A stretch of DNA of 64,000 bases from Octopus sinensis (Eukaryota), in the NCBI RefSeq assembly GCF_006345805.1, contig NC_042998.1:183148001-183212000 (forward strand), in the 5' to 3' direction. Positions 26,752 through 42,210 of this stretch are shown here, one piece after another; position 1 is the stretch's first letter, and each line of letters starts with the position of its first letter. The notes below the pieces were generated by a model. That model did no database searches, had not been told where the DNA came from, and worked only from the letters and a program-made list of their open reading frames with translations. Both the position numbers and the translations under genes were made by a program.

Positions 26752-29700
26752 ACACGCACATGTGTATATGTGTAATGAATTGTGTGCTATTATGGTTTTA
26801 ATCTCATTAAGTAAGTATTAGACTTCATTGACTTTACACAACCTCTCACATATGTATGTATTTCCTTTAAAACATGCTAATATATGTTGATGTGTACAGG
26901 TGCCCTGTTCTTTTTTACCTTTGAAGATCTTAAAGTATTTTATGATGTCATTATTAAACTGACTTTCGGTCTACAATTCTGTGATATGGCATGGTATTGT
27001 GTGATATAAAATTGATTATTTTATTTGTATACATGTCATAAATTTTCTCTTCTTCCAGTTTTCACTTCTTTACACAAAAATCTTTCACTGATTCTTTTAA
27101 GATATAATGTTTATGATTCTTGCATAGGTAGGGATTGTTTCTATTTATATATGTTTGTATGTAGGGCTAAAATTTGTTTATATGCCGACAATTTTTTTTT
27201 TTTTTTCATCTGTGTAAGTGATTTTGGATTTTACATGTTGATATTTGGGAGAAAACATTTATATAATTTCTTCTCTGCATAATGTTCCTCTATAACTCTA
27301 TAATAGATTTGTGATTCTGTTCTCTTGCATTCAGAGATGGAGTAAAGCAGCACACTCAGCACACGAGTGTTGACCTAAATTTTGTGATTCTATTGGAGAC
27401 TTCACTTCATCACAAGGTTTATCTGAAAATACTGTTTCTCTGAAATATTAATACCAGTATGTAAAAAATTAGCTCTAATAAAATATCTGCAAGTTGTAAA
27501 CCTGATTTCAGTACACAATTAAAATTGCTTCATTTGATTTGAATTTCTAAAATCATTGAAAAATTTGTTAACTTTTTGATTTCCTATTTCCCTTCCATCA
27601 AACATGTGGGTTAAATACCAGTGTAATTAATTAACATTCTATAAGAAATAAGCATTACTATATGGTAAATATTATACACATATATATTTGGTGAACCAAA
27701 TCTATGAACCAATTTAGGAAGGCCATGGGCACAGCCACATTCCCAGATCCAGTAAATCAATGAAAAAATTCCTGGTTGAAGCCATTTCATTTCATTTGTT
27801 TTGCTAATACTCATCGAAATGGAGACACGTGGCTTAGTGGTTAGGGTGTCAACATCATGATCGTAAGATTGTGGATTCGATTCCTGGAGCAGGCGACGCG
27901 TTGTGTTCTTGAGCAAAACACTTCATTTCACGTTGCTCCAGTCCACTCAGCTGGCAAAAATTAGTATCGCTATGATGGACTGGCGTCCCATCCAGCTGGG
28001 TAACACATACTTCATTGAAACTGGGAAACCGGGCCCATGAGCCTGGTTAGGCTTTAAAAGGGCGAAAAGAGAATACTCTTTGAAACTTACTGTTTTCATT
28101 CTTTAACAGACAATTTTGTGCCAAGAAATTTGGTCATGGCTAATTAGAGCTAGAACCACCTAATAAATTTGTCCATATCATCCTGAAGATGAGTCTCCAA
28201 TAATTAATTAATGACCACACAGCTGTAAAGTTATTTCTGAGTTTGAAAAGTAAATCATATTTGAATTTGCTTTCCTTATAAGTTATTAAGGATTCTTTGA
28301 AAATTCTTATATATAAACAGGGAAACATTAATACACATTTGTTACTGAGAAGAATTATATAAGCTATAGAATCCTGTCATATGCCAGTTTTCAAACATTT
28401 TTAGTAAAATTACAAAGTATAATTGGCTATTGATGACTATTTTTTTTTTCTTTATAGTCCTCATCCTAATTTCTGAAATGATTTATCTGTACTTATTCTT
28501 ACATCTGCTATATCTCTTGTAGAATAGTTTTAGATTGTGGAGATGTGACCAGACATCAGTGAAAACTCTACTCAAGTTCTAAAATCTTCAACTCAGCTTT
28601 TCCTTTTGCAACCAGTTCCTTCCTTCTCTAATCGCTGTGCTGTGTTCACTGTTTGTTTCACCTGATGCTCCAGCCTTCTACAACTACTCTCATTGTCCTT
28701 CTCTCTAACTAAACACATGCCAAACAATTACATTCCATCTCAAATGATATTTGGCACACAGAAATAATATACTTACCAGGTTTTGTATTTAATTCTGTTA
28801 CTTAACATTTCTTTTGGATTTCCTTGTATGTATTGTAAATACTTTTCTCTTATCAACTTTGTTTTGATGAATCCTTCATTTCTTATGATTTCAAACTGAA
28901 ACTAAAAGTCAGAGATAATTTTTATTTCTTTCTGGACCTAATGAAATTAAACAATTTTTCTAGTTCTTGATGATTTCTTTACAATATCAAATAAAAAGTA
29001 AAAACACAGATCATTCATGGTTCATGTTTATTAATGGTCATTATTTTCATTATCATAATTGTTATAAGGTCTACTTTTCTCCTAGTTAGCATGAGCTGGA
29101 CTCCATCTATCTAAACTAAAAGTCAGTAAAGATTTACATCATGAAACAAGGGAAAAGATACAAGATACCATTTATCAGCAACATCCTTACTTATTGTTCC
29201 TTTAAGCCCTCAAAAATAGAATAAACATCAATTTATTACCAGAGGTTATATAATTCATAAGCATGCTACAGTTCTGTCTTGGTGTAAAAATCAATCATCA
29301 AATATTTTCGAGAACTGTTTTCCCTAATAACTTATTAGGCAACATCAGTCAGACCCTTGGAAATCTCTTGTTACAATTCATTAATTATATTTATTTGTCT
29401 TTTTCAAATTTATTTTATTTTTAATCATCTTCCAAACTAATACCTTTTGTTTAACATTTTAATGTTTCATTCGGAAATCTTATCTTATTTTCTTTGGAAG
29501 GAATTTTTTCAGTTGAGAACTTTTTTGTTTTATTTATAATTATTGTTTAATTCTGGTTTTAGATTTCCATCTTTGATTTAAACTGGGTTCACAACTTTAT
29601 TACTTAGTTTTTTAATTTTATTTTCATTCATTTACTTTTTTTTTTATTGCTATTAAATGCCCTCATATTTTCAAGTCTTTTTAAAGAGACTTGACCAATT

Positions 29701-31059
29701 AACTAATAAAAAAAATATATAAAATTTTGCTTTTATTAAATTCAAATATTTTGTTGTTTTTTAAAGACTTAATTTTATTCTAACAACTATTGATCCCTTT
29801 TCCACCCTTTAGGAGCTGTATTTTCTGTTTCAATTGCATGTTGTCATTAAAACATTTTAAAAGTAACTTCGGAGATTATATCTAACAAACTTAATATTGT
29901 AATGGGTTTTTAAATTAATAAATTTGTTTGAATTGCAGTGAAAAATCAAATATATTTTATATCAAACAGGAAATAAAAGAAAACTAGGGGAAAGCTATTT
30001 TAAATGTTTATTTGATAAATTAGAAATGTAATAAATAAATCTATAATTTTAACTGTTTTCTTTCTCTGGTGAAAAAGCGTGTAATAAGATGGAGTGACAT
30101 CAACATTTCTGCACTACATTTATCTGGAAGGGCAGTGTTTTCAGTTTTTCATCTGCTATGTACTGTGGTGAAACACTTCTGCTTAAATTTATACAGAAAT
30201 TGTGTGATAAAAGTGTTGTATAATATCAGGAAATTGGTTTTTAATGGATGTAAATATGTAAGCATGCATGTGTAGAGGTATATATATGTATGTATATATA
30301 TATACACATACATACATATAATGTGTGTATGTAAATGTGTGTGTGTTTGTATAGTACATTGTGTTTATAATGTTTAGTTTTGTATTATAAATGTTTCAGT
30401 ATTGATAGCTTTGTATTGGTAATTTCCATTGTAGCATGAGTGTAAAAATGTGATTCTTATTTCTTCGTTTATTGCTAACATGTTTAGTTACTGGACTATG
30501 TGCCACTTCAAAATGCATATAATTTTATTATGTAAATTACAAATTGTATTGATTACATAAGTGTTGAAAACACACATTACCTGACTATGATCTTGTGTGA
30601 TTTTGTTCAATGATAAAATTTTTTGCAACGGCATATTTCAATACTGTAAAATATTTTAACGCCAAATAAGCACACACACACACACACACACATTATATAT
30701 AAAGCTATTGATTAAAGTCATCCTCTTGTAATTTATTGTGTGCTCTCTTATTTTAAAGATTGAAAAATAATCTAAAATATAATTTGTATAAAATGATAAA
30801 GCCTTTCTTAAAACCCATTATATTGTATTAAATTTATTCAAATTACAAAGCTTCATTGAAACAGAATGTGTGTGTGTATGTGTGTGCTCTATGTAAGATA
30901 AACAGAATTTCTTCTCAGTTTGTTAATGTATGCAGTTGACCAAAAGGCATATTGAATGAAACCTTATTTCAGATATGTAATAATATTTACCTTACATATG
31001 ACAAACATGTATCAGACATTTTAAATTTTTTTACATCAAAATTACCTCTGTGTGTGTGT

Positions 31060-31630
31060 CATCATCATCATCATCATCATCATCATCGTTTAACGTCCGC
31101 TTTCCATGCTTGCATGGATTGGACGATTTGACTGAGGGCTGACGAACCAGATGGCTACACCAAGATCCAATCTTGATCTGGCAGAGTTTCTACAGCTTGA
31201 TGCCCTTCCTAATGCCAACCACTCTGAGAGTGTAGTGGGTGTTTTTACACGTGCCACCAGCACAAGTGCCAGGAAGATGACGCTAGTAACGATCACACTC
31301 GAATGGGGCCTTTTATGTGCCACCGGCACGGAAGCCAGTTAGCTACTCTGGCAACAATCACGCTCGGATGGTGCTCTTAGCACCCTACTAGCACGGGATA
31401 CAAGTGCTAGTAAGGTGACGCTGGTAACGATCACACTGAAATGGTGCCTTTTATGTGCCACTGGTACAGAAACCGGTTAGCTGCTCTGTCAAATGGTGCT
31501 TTTTATGTGCCACCTGCACAGTAGCCATTTCAGCAGCACTGGCAACGACCTCGTTCGAATGTTTTTTCACATGCCACCAGCATAAGTGCCAGTAAGGCGA
31601 CATAGGTAACGATCATGCTCGAATGGTAAA
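31060..31630 (-). mobile_element. RTE 3' UTR copy with internal ~60-bp tandem units
   Basis: (CAT)n tail at 31060-31086, consensus ctggatgcccttcctaatgccaaccac, repeated atggtgc-ttttatgtgccac units. Confidence 0.8.
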
Positions 31631-32369
31631 TGACAGGACATATTTCAACCCCAACCTATCCCAAAAATATGAAACCAGTTAATCATAGCAAGACATGGAT
31701 TTGTGTTCTTCAAGTTTGCTATGGCTCACTTTGTGAGGTACTGAAAAAAAGCTGATGCTGTAATGAATGCTTCCTGTACAATATTCTATCATTTTTTTTC
31801 CATCTCAGCTCTGGTTATAGACAATAACATAATAAAATGAAAATACTTTTTATCATCATTGCTTTAGATCTGCTTTCCATACTGGCATAGTTTGGGCATT
31901 CATAATAGTCAGAGTGGACCAATTTACTCAAGGCATTACATTCACCTACATGGGTCAGAGAATCTCATCTCATGTTCAGTTTTGGGCTTAGTTTCTATGG
32001 TGGTGCCATTCTTGACACCAACCACGTTACCAAGTGCTCTGGGTGCTTTCTCCATGACCTCAATACTAAAGTGTCATGTCATCAACAAGGCTATAGGGTC
32101 CTCACAGTGTCACACTTTACAAAGCGTAATAGGTGTATTTTTCATGAAACCAGTGCTAGAGAGGTAACCATATCCTCAACACAACAAAAAGGACCTCACA
32201 ACTCCATGTCTCTGCTCACTATCTAGGTTCTTTACTGAGTAAGAAGCATCAGTGATAGCAGTATGAAAGAATTGGGGCATTAACAATCATGATGAGAAAT
32301 ATGTGTGATAGGAAAGGAGTGCTAGTACTCAATATTCTGTGATACATGTATGTATGTATATATATGTAT

Positions 32370-32401
<32 letters not shown>

Positions 32402-33296
32402 TTATTTATATATGTATATATATATATATATATATTTATTTATATATGTATATATATATATATATGTATATTTATTTATTTATTTATATATATATATCTG
32501 AGGCAACATGGGAATAAAATATAATGGGGGTTTAACAGTAATAAAATAAATGAAGTGTTTCAAAAGAGGCTGTCTGTATATATGTGCATATAATGTAAAA
32601 CTATTTTTGAAGAGCTAACATGATCTAACTTATTTTTTTGTTGTTGTTTGTGTTCCTACAGGTATTCTGTCTTCAACCATTCAACATTCTTGAAAAAAAG
32701 ATGAAGAAAAGGATGCCTCGTAACCTTAAAGCTGAAGGAAACTCCTGAATGCTATGAAAAATTATTTTGTATAATCTTTAACAGTTACTTTCTTTAATGA
32801 GTGGTTCAACAACCATACCTTCACCCACCACCCCATACACACAAACCACCACCACCACCACCAAAACAAAAGCGTGTATAATAAAGTGAGGGAAGAGAGA
32901 CTCAAGATGAAGAGCAGAGGAGGGAAGTGTTGAAACAAGAATATGCTTATTTATCATGACTTCTTAAAGACAGAATTGAAGGACATGGAGTTTTATCGTT
33001 TCTGTCTCCTTCTTTCCTTCTATCCCTTTCTCTCTCTCTCTTTTTCTTTCTCTCTACCATTTCTGTCACATCCTCCCCTCTCTCATTCCCTCACAGACAC
33101 ACATTCAGAAATACTGTTTTAAATATGATCTTTAAAATACGTGTGACCCCCACCCCACTTCCATCGCCTTTCCCAAATCTTCTATTATGCTATCATCTAC
33201 CAGAAAATGCTTCTTATCTCTCTCTCTGTCTCTGTCTTCCTCCCTCTCTATCTCTTCTTTTTCTCCCTCTCTCTTTCTCTCTCTCTCTTTCTCTCT

Positions 33297-33333
<37 letters not shown>

Positions 33334-33769
33334 ATTTTGTATTCTTTTTTTTTTCATTCTTCAAAGTTGAAAATATAAAACAACAAAATGGAAAATACTC
33401 ACGTAAGGCACTTGACATTTCTGAGCTCATGGAATTATGTTCAAAATTTTACTAGGAGTTTTTCTCTTTTTTTTTTCTGTTATTGAGTGAATTTGAATTA
33501 CACACTTGTAAACTGAGTGTGTGTGAAAGAATGAAAAGGCTTTTTCCTGTTATTGTTATTTTTCTAAAACATTGCCCTGTTCTGTGATCATCAGTCTGCA
33601 GTTATCTGGAAAGAAAGACAAACAAGGTGGTTAAAACTAACAACGTGGTTTTAAGCAAAAAAACAAAACCCTTGGCATTTGGAATATTTAATGGCCATCA
33701 AATGAGGAAATGAACACATGAAATCATAACAATATCTTATTTCTACTGTCATTGTAAATATTTTCTTTA

Positions 33770-33920
33770 TAAGTTCTAATGATACAAATATATATGGCAA
33801 AGTATATATGAAACAACATATATACATATATATATATATATGCATAGGTATTTAAATATATATATATTTGTATGTATATACATAGATATTTATTTGTGTA
33901 TACATACATAGATATTTGTT

Positions 33921-33969
<49 letters not shown>

Positions 33970-34373
33970 ATATATTTGTGTACATATTTGTATACATATA
34001 TTTATATATATATATATTTACATATATATAATTCGGAGCCTGGTGCATTCACCTGGCTTCCCAAACCCTGTTCAAACCGTCTAACTCATGCTAGCATGGA
34101 AAACGGACGTTAAACGATGATGATGATGATATATTACACATACGTACCTATATATGAGTTTGTGCATATGCATATATGTGTATATGTACATATGTGTGTG
34201 CATATAAATATAGATAGATAGATAGATATATGGCTGGTCTTTGAGGTTACTCTGAGTCACCCCATAGATCAGCCATGTCGATCTTTATCTATATACTCTT
34301 CTGGTCTATAATGTAGACTGTGCTCTTTCAGATTTATGATTTGCTGAAGGTATATATATATGTACATATATCT

Positions 34374-34449
<76 letters not shown>

Positions 34450-34923
34450 TGCATTTGTATGTTTGAATTTATAAAATATGTGAATGTTCATATATACGCA
34501 TAATACATATGTACAAACATGTGAGTACACATTCATGCATATATAGATATATAGTAACATGTATATATATGTATATATATATATATATGTGTGTGTGTAT
34601 GTATGTTTGTATATATGTAGATATAGTATCTTCGTGTATATATATATGAATATATGTATACATGTATGCACATATATAATGCAGTATATTATATATGTTA
34701 CATATTGTATCATGTAATACGTATGTGTAAATACATACATATATATATATATATATGTATATATAAATATATATATATATAATACATATAAGTTTGCATG
34801 GATGTATGTATGTATAGCCTAAGCAATAAGACACTAGAAGATAAAAGTTTTATATGTATGAGTGTATTCTTTTATTTTTCTCAGTCATTAGTTAGGGTCC
34901 ACCTTGAATAAGTGTATTTATGC

Positions 34924-34996
<73 letters not shown>

Positions 34997-35577
34997 AAAT
35001 ATAATATGATATAATATAATATAAATAATATACGAATATATGCATATATGTACATACCTACATATGTATGTATATACACATGCATATATGGGTACAGGAC
35101 ATCAAAACATGTTAACAAAAGTAGAAACGAGAACATAAAAATTTAAAACATAGAAAACAAACTTTTATTTCGAAGAATGAAAGAAACAAATAGAGAAATG
35201 AGACAGGAAACATAAAGAACATTCTCTTCATCAGTTGTCCTCTGTTTTATTTACTCCTAGTTTCCATACCTTCGAAATGCAGAGTAGATGAAACAGGGGA
35301 CAACTGATGAAGGGGAAAAACTTTATGTTTCTTGTCTCGTTTCTCTATTTGTTTCTTTTGTTTTCAAAAAAAAGTTCATTTTCTATATTTTTGTATTTTA
35401 TGTTCTCGTTTCTCATTTTGTTGACGTTATTTTGATGTCCTGTACCCATATATGCATGTATATATACATATATATGTAGGTATGTACATATATATATGGA
35501 TGTATACATATACATGTAGGTATGTACATATATGTATGTATATATGCATATATTTATATATTATTTATATTATATAT

Positions 35578-35632
<55 letters not shown>

Positions 35633-36819
35633 TATATTTCTAAGTACATGTATGTATTTAAATATAAACATATATGTATGTGTGTATATGTGTGTGTGTG
35701 TGTGTGCACTCACACACTCTCCTCTTCCTCCATCATACCTTGACCTACCATCACCCGGCATAAAATGACATCCCTCAATACTACATCCCCACTCAATCAA
35801 GGTGTGTCTTGTCTTGCATGCTACCTAGTGACTGCATGAGTGACAGTGTTTAAAAAAAAATCCCTATGTAAATTTCTAATGTGGCAGACATCAGGAAGAG
35901 TATCCAGCTGCAAAAGCAATGTGAAACAAGATATTGGACCTCAGTAGAGTTCTCTGGCCTGTCTGTTCCTGTTCTAACCTATGCCAGCATCCAACCTACG
36001 CCAGCATGGAACAAGGATCTTAACTACTAAGCATTTGAACCAGCTAAATTTGCCCAAATATTCTACTTGCTTCATGTTCAATCCAGCCAGATCCAGTTTC
36101 TCACACCTTCTTTCCAGGAATAATTGTAGAATTAACCAATCACATCATCAAAATCTAGAAGTTATGAGATAATTCATAATTAGTTCAAGACAATGTGAAT
36201 TAATAAGCATTACAGTTCACAGAGTAATCTGAATGCTAAATGGTTAGATGATTATATATTTATATATTTATATATATATAATCTTCATTTTTGTATCCCT
36301 AGACACAACAAAATACACAAACATACACCATCTCCGGACATGCTTCTCCAAGTATTTTAATTTTTAGGTTCATTTGTGTTGTTAATCTTTGATAGTAGAT
36401 CATTCATATGTAAAATTAAAAATATTGTTCAGGTTCTTTCTTGTCATATTTGCTGGTTTGTGCAAAATGAGCTTTTTTTTTTTTCTCATACGAGTTGTTT
36501 TACCAGCTACTAATAAAGGAAACGACACTCAAGCATATATATTTTTTTATATGGAGCTGCTAAATACATGATATCATACATGTGTATGTGCTTGTGAGGG
36601 AGTTTATTTTAAGATGCATATATAACATACCTTTATCTTCTAGTGTCATATATATTATCTTCTGAACTTGAAATTACTAAACTTCATAGAACATTCTACT
36701 AAAGCTTTACATGAAGAAATATTTCCACGTTATATTTGTGATATTATTTCTCTAATATATGTATGTGTATATGCATGTGTGCGTGTGTGTGTGTTAATGC
36801 ATATATATTTCTATGTATG

Positions 36820-36859
<40 letters not shown>

Positions 36860-37386
36860 TGTATATATAGATACATACATGCACATATATCTGGATGTAT
36901 ATGTGCGCTTATATTTGCGTATGCATATATATGTGTGTGTGAGTGCGTGTATATATCAGGAACTGATTGTAATTTCAAATACTTTTCCTTCTTTCTTCTC
37001 CTTTTTAGGTGGGGGGATCATTTTCCATTTGAAGAAGAAAATTAGAGAAATAAAAGTCCGGAAAACTCTAAAATACTAACATTGAACTTTTGGATCATAT
37101 TTTATACACACCATAAACTACACATGTTTATACACACATATCGACATATGAACACCAAATTAAAACACAACACAAATACATTTATATATACACATACACA
37201 CATATATATATATATATAGATATAATTATATCTTTATAAGTATATAGATATATTATATATATGTTTATTTATATATAAATATACATATAAATATATATAT
37301 ATATTCGTTTATATATATATATTCGTTTATATATATATATATATTTATACAGTATATATATTTATATATATGTTTGTGTGTGTATT

Positions 37387-37423
<37 letters not shown>

Positions 37424-37504
37424 AGGTGTATATGTCTAAATATTTATATCTATATATATATATATTTATATATAAATGTGTGTATGTATTTATATATATA
37501 TGTG

Positions 37505-37552
<48 letters not shown>

Positions 37553-37641
37553 TATATATATGATTGTGTGTGTATATATTTACATTTATATATGTACATT
37601 TATATATATATACATGTATATATATGTGTGCCTGTTTGTAA

Positions 37642-37672
<31 letters not shown>

Positions 37673-37857
37673 TTAGTCTGGCCTTTATTTATTTACCCAC
37701 CTCTCCCTTATTTAATCAGTTACCATATGTTGGGTGTTTGCATAAATGAATTATATATATATATATATATATAATTGATATAGGATAAAAAAATTTTTCT
37801 GGAAAAAATTTTATCAGATGCCTTTAAAGGTAAAATTTATACATAATTTACAAGATA

Positions 37858-37891
<34 letters not shown>

Positions 37892-37928
37892 TTATATATG
37901 TTTATATATATATATATATTTACTTTTT

Positions 37929-37977
<49 letters not shown>

Positions 37978-38031
37978 TTCTATATGTATATATATATATA
38001 TTTACTTTTTTGTATATATATATAATATTTG

Positions 38032-38071
<40 letters not shown>

Positions 38072-38252
38072 ATATATATATATATATATGTATGTATATA
38101 TTTATTTATGTATACATAGATATTTATATAAATATATATTTATATATATTTATATATATATGTGTATATATTTATATATATATATATATATATGTACACA
38201 CATATATATATCTATATGCATTTATATATATATTTAGATATATATATATATG

Positions 38253-38288
<36 letters not shown>

Positions 38289-38480
38289 ATATATATATAT
38301 ATATAATATATATATATATTATATATACATTTATGTATATATATATATACATTTATGTATATATATATATATATATAATATATTTGATATATATATATAT
38401 ATTATTTATATATATATTATATATATATATATGTATATACATATATATAATATATTTGATATATATATATACATATATCT
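33770..38480. repeat. Extended (TA)n/(TG)n/(TATG)n low-complexity region
   Basis: Dense degenerate dinucleotide repeats; source of many spurious YI-rich ORFs. Confidence 0.95.
35079..35458. repeat. Palindromic (fold-back/MITE-like) element, ~165-bp arms, embedded in TA-rich microsatellite
   Basis: Termini tatgggtacaggacatcaaaa / ttttgatgtcctgtacccata; inner ttcatcagttgtcc / ggacaactgatgaa. Confidence 0.85.
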
Positions 38481-40964
38481 TCTATGTCTATGCCTTGGTT
38501 TGCCCAGTTTTCTAAACAAACATTTGAAAAAATGAAAACTTGTCTTTCTTTTTTGTTTGCCTTTTTTATTGGCAAATAGCCCATAATATGCATTACTATG
38601 TTCCATTGGAAGCAATCACCTGATTGTGGCATTTTGTGTATGATAGCTACTACACATCATGACTCTTGCCTTCATGTAAAATAAAGAATGAAAATTTTGT
38701 AAACAATTTTCATTATTAACAAATTTCATTAAACTCCAACAACAGGGAAAACTTTTTTTATTGTTTTAAAAGATTTCATTGTTCCTTCATGGATTATTTC
38801 ATAGAAAATACCAGGAATAAGTAAATAAGCACACAGATTTAGAGCTACATAAATGTATGTGATTGTGTGAGCGAACTGGTTGTATATACTTGTCTTTATG
38901 TATATGTATGTGTGCATATGTATTACATGCACATACACACACACATATATAATAATTTGTATATTGGTAAGCAGAATCCAGTCCATCAATCTAAATTATC
39001 AGTTTGTGGTTTAAAATTCCCAAAATTTTCAGAAAAATGCACTGTCAACAAAATTATCCAGTTTCAGAAATTTGTCAGGTTTTTAAGATCAGGCTCCGAT
39101 TAATTACTTTCACGTTCATAATTATTTATCATTACTTCTTTCTCTGAAAATAATTAACCATTAATAAGTTTTAATCACGATATATCTTACATATTGCATT
39201 AATTTTTGTACTGTTGGCATTTGATGAAGCAGCTAAACCAGAGCAGTATTTTATGATGATGATTCAGTTTTTAGTATTCTATGTCGTTCATTTCATTAAA
39301 AAAGAAAATGTTGTAATTGATTGACCCTGGTTAATTCTACATGAGTAAATATAAGGTATGAAGATAGCTGTTCAAAGGAATTTTCAGGCTGTATTATAGC
39401 TATCATCACTAACACTTAAAACACAATATCCATTTTAAAAGCAGTTTAAAATTTGCTGAGAAAGATATGACCTTGTACAAAAATATGGCCAAGTAGCTTT
39501 AGGAAAGTTTTTTGTTGGTTCAACTTGAAAAGAATTACTCATGCATGTATACACTGCTATATTTTAGAAAAATTGTCTTTGGAAACATTAAAACATAATA
39601 AATACATCAAAACTTCTAAAGTTTGATACAAAGGACTTCAAAACTTATCTTCAATCAGCTTACATACACACACACTACACACACAATATGTGTGTGTGTG
39701 TAAATCGTTGATGAATGTACATAAATGATCATAATCATTGATGGCATTAGGAAAGGTATCCAGCTATAGAAACAATGCTAAAGCTGATATGGAGTATGAT
39801 GCAGCTCTGCAGCTCACTGGATTCCATCAAACCATCAAACCCATGCCACCATGGAATATGGATGTAAATGATGATGATGACATTCAAAAGATGATATGCA
39901 CCCTACCATATATGATATAAATCCAACAGATTTTAATAAAATCTACCACCCATTTACCTTTCCCAGCTAGAAATTTCAAATAAATATAGACATGATTTGT
40001 ATGAGTCCAAGACAAAAACACATGTCGTGTTTTTCCTTTTTTGTTTTTTGATATTCTGCATATTATTTAAACAGCCTAAATAGCTTATTTGGTCAGCTTT
40101 AATTAACAGCATAATTTTAAAAGAAAATGATTCAATACCTTTTTTTTTACCATACTCACATGGGTTAGATAATTCTATAAATTTCAGCATCCATATTGTT
40201 GGAATCCTTATTTACAACTGAATATCTTTCCTTTTGCCATTCATACAATTGCTGTAAATACTTCCAAAGTAATTTATCTTCCCAAAAGGTTTTAAACCTA
40301 TGTCATGTGAATGGATAATCCACTGTGTTTCTTCAAAATGGAATTAATAATTTCTTAAATGACTCACAACAACCACTGCCTCAACATGACATTTATTTAT
40401 TCTTAGAATTGACAAGCTGTTCTAATTTTCTGCTCTATCCTGACATGTCTAAAGTTGATATATTCTCCAGAAAGTTAGTTGAATGTTGACACAATTCTTC
40501 AAGTATTATACTAAAATTGTTAATCAATCACCATCATATAAACATTGTTGCAGTTATGAGCTATGTGCCTTGCACAAAATGTAATTCAATGCTGATAATC
40601 TAACTCCATTAGTAATGTTTAGTACCAGTGTTAATTTAAACTTGTGGCCGTGTACCTATGCTAGAAACAATTATTATTTACCTTGTTGCTTTGTTTTATA
40701 CAAGCTATTCCAAATCTCATCAAGAGACCTGAAGTTAAAGTACATTGGATATTATACTATTTATGTTTAGCAATGATATATTGTCAAGAAAGAAGACCAG
40801 ATTCTGAGGACTAAAATTCTGTTAAGTTTGTAATATCTCACTTTTGAAAAAGATTTAAGGGAATCTGATCTTTTCAAATGGACTGGGGTTTTTTTTATGG
40901 TAAGGGCAGTACCGATGACAACAACAACAACTGTTGTTATTATTATTATTATTATTATTATTTT

Positions 40965-42210
40965 CAAATTCCACCAAGGTCAACTTTGCCTTTCATCCTT
41001 TCGGGATCGATAAATTAAGTACCAGTGGAGTACTGGAGTTGATGTAATCAACTAGCCCCCTCTCACTAAATTTCAGGCCTTGTGCCTATAGTAGAAAGGA
41101 TTATTATAAAGGCAGTAAGTTAGCAGAACCATCAGAGTGCCTAACAAGATGCTTAGCAACATTTCATGTCTTTACACTCTGAGTTCAAATTCCACCAAGG
41201 TCAACTTTGCCTTTCATCCTTTTGGGGTTGATAAATTAAGTACCATTGAAACACTGGGGTCGATGTAATCAACTAGACCCCTCCCTGCAAATTTCAGGCC
41301 TTATACCTGTAGCATAAAGGGTTATTATTATTTTGTTTTTGTATTTGGTTAAGGGCCATGGGTTAGCAGAATAGTTAGAACATCAGATCAAATACCTTAG
41401 GGTATTTATTCCTGCTCCTTACATTCTGAGTACTTTTCTCACTGAAGTTAACATTGCCTTTCATCCACTTGAGGTTAATAAAGCACGAGTCAAGTACTGG
41501 GAGTGATTTAATCAAACAACTCGCTCCTCCAGAATTTTTTGCCTTGTAACCTGTGTTAAGAATTATTTAGAGCAGTGGGCTAGCAAAATCATTTGCACTT
41601 TTGACAAAATAGTCTTACAGCCTTTACATGTTGAATTCAGATCCCAATATGGTCAACATTTTGCTTTTCATTCCTCTGGAGTTGATGGAATAAAGTACCA
41701 GACAGCTACTGGGGTCAACAGTACTCACTAATCCCTCCTTTCAAAACTGCTGTCCCTGTGCCAAATTCAGAGACCATTGTTATCATTGTTGAATTGCCAG
41801 AGACTGGTTCAGGACTAAAAGATTTCTTATAGTCATTATGCCCTTTGTGTTCTGAGTTCAAATTTCACAAGCCTTGACTACATCTTTTATTCCTCTAGGC
41901 TTAATAAAATAAGTTACCCATAATATACTGGAATTGGTATTTTCTTCTCTGCAAATATGTGGGCTTGTGCCAAAGCTAAAATACATAATTCTTAAAGTGA
42001 GTTACAATAGCACAAGCAGAAAACCATTGATTTAAAAGCTCAGATCATTTAGTTTTATTCTTGTACACTCTGATTTCAAATCCTGCCAGGATCAACATTG
42101 TCTTTCATCCCTCAGGGGTCGATATAAGTACAAGACATATATTGGTTTTCAATCAGTCAGCTATATTCCTCCCTATTAATCTGTGGCCTTGTGGCAATTT
42201 GCGAAAATCA
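40965..42210 (+). repeat. Head-to-tail array of about six SINE copies of differing divergence
   Basis: The core ctgagttcaaat...ctttgcctttcatcc...aagtacc recurs roughly every 200-240 bp. Confidence 0.75.

Noticed and set aside
31300-31630. Short repeats with variable spacers as a CRISPR-like array
   Set aside because: Internal tandem units of the RTE 3' UTR in a eukaryotic genome; spacers are mutually similar and there are no cas genes.
8383-32800. Strong plus-strand splice signals (8383-8588, 20205, 27335-27417, 32662) as a separate gene
   Set aside because: Stops in all or most frames, no consistent phase chain and no recognisable protein; cannot be supported without RNA data.
35255-35320. 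CTGATGA and GAAA words in the 35-kb palindrome as a permuted hammerhead
   Set aside because: No stem I or III can be formed around them and the 10.1-11.1 pair is mismatched.
33700-38650. Numerous YI/CV/HT-rich ORFs (also at 325-573, 12252-12479, 44032-44619, 53460-53873)
   Set aside because: Translations of (TA)n/(TG)n microsatellites.
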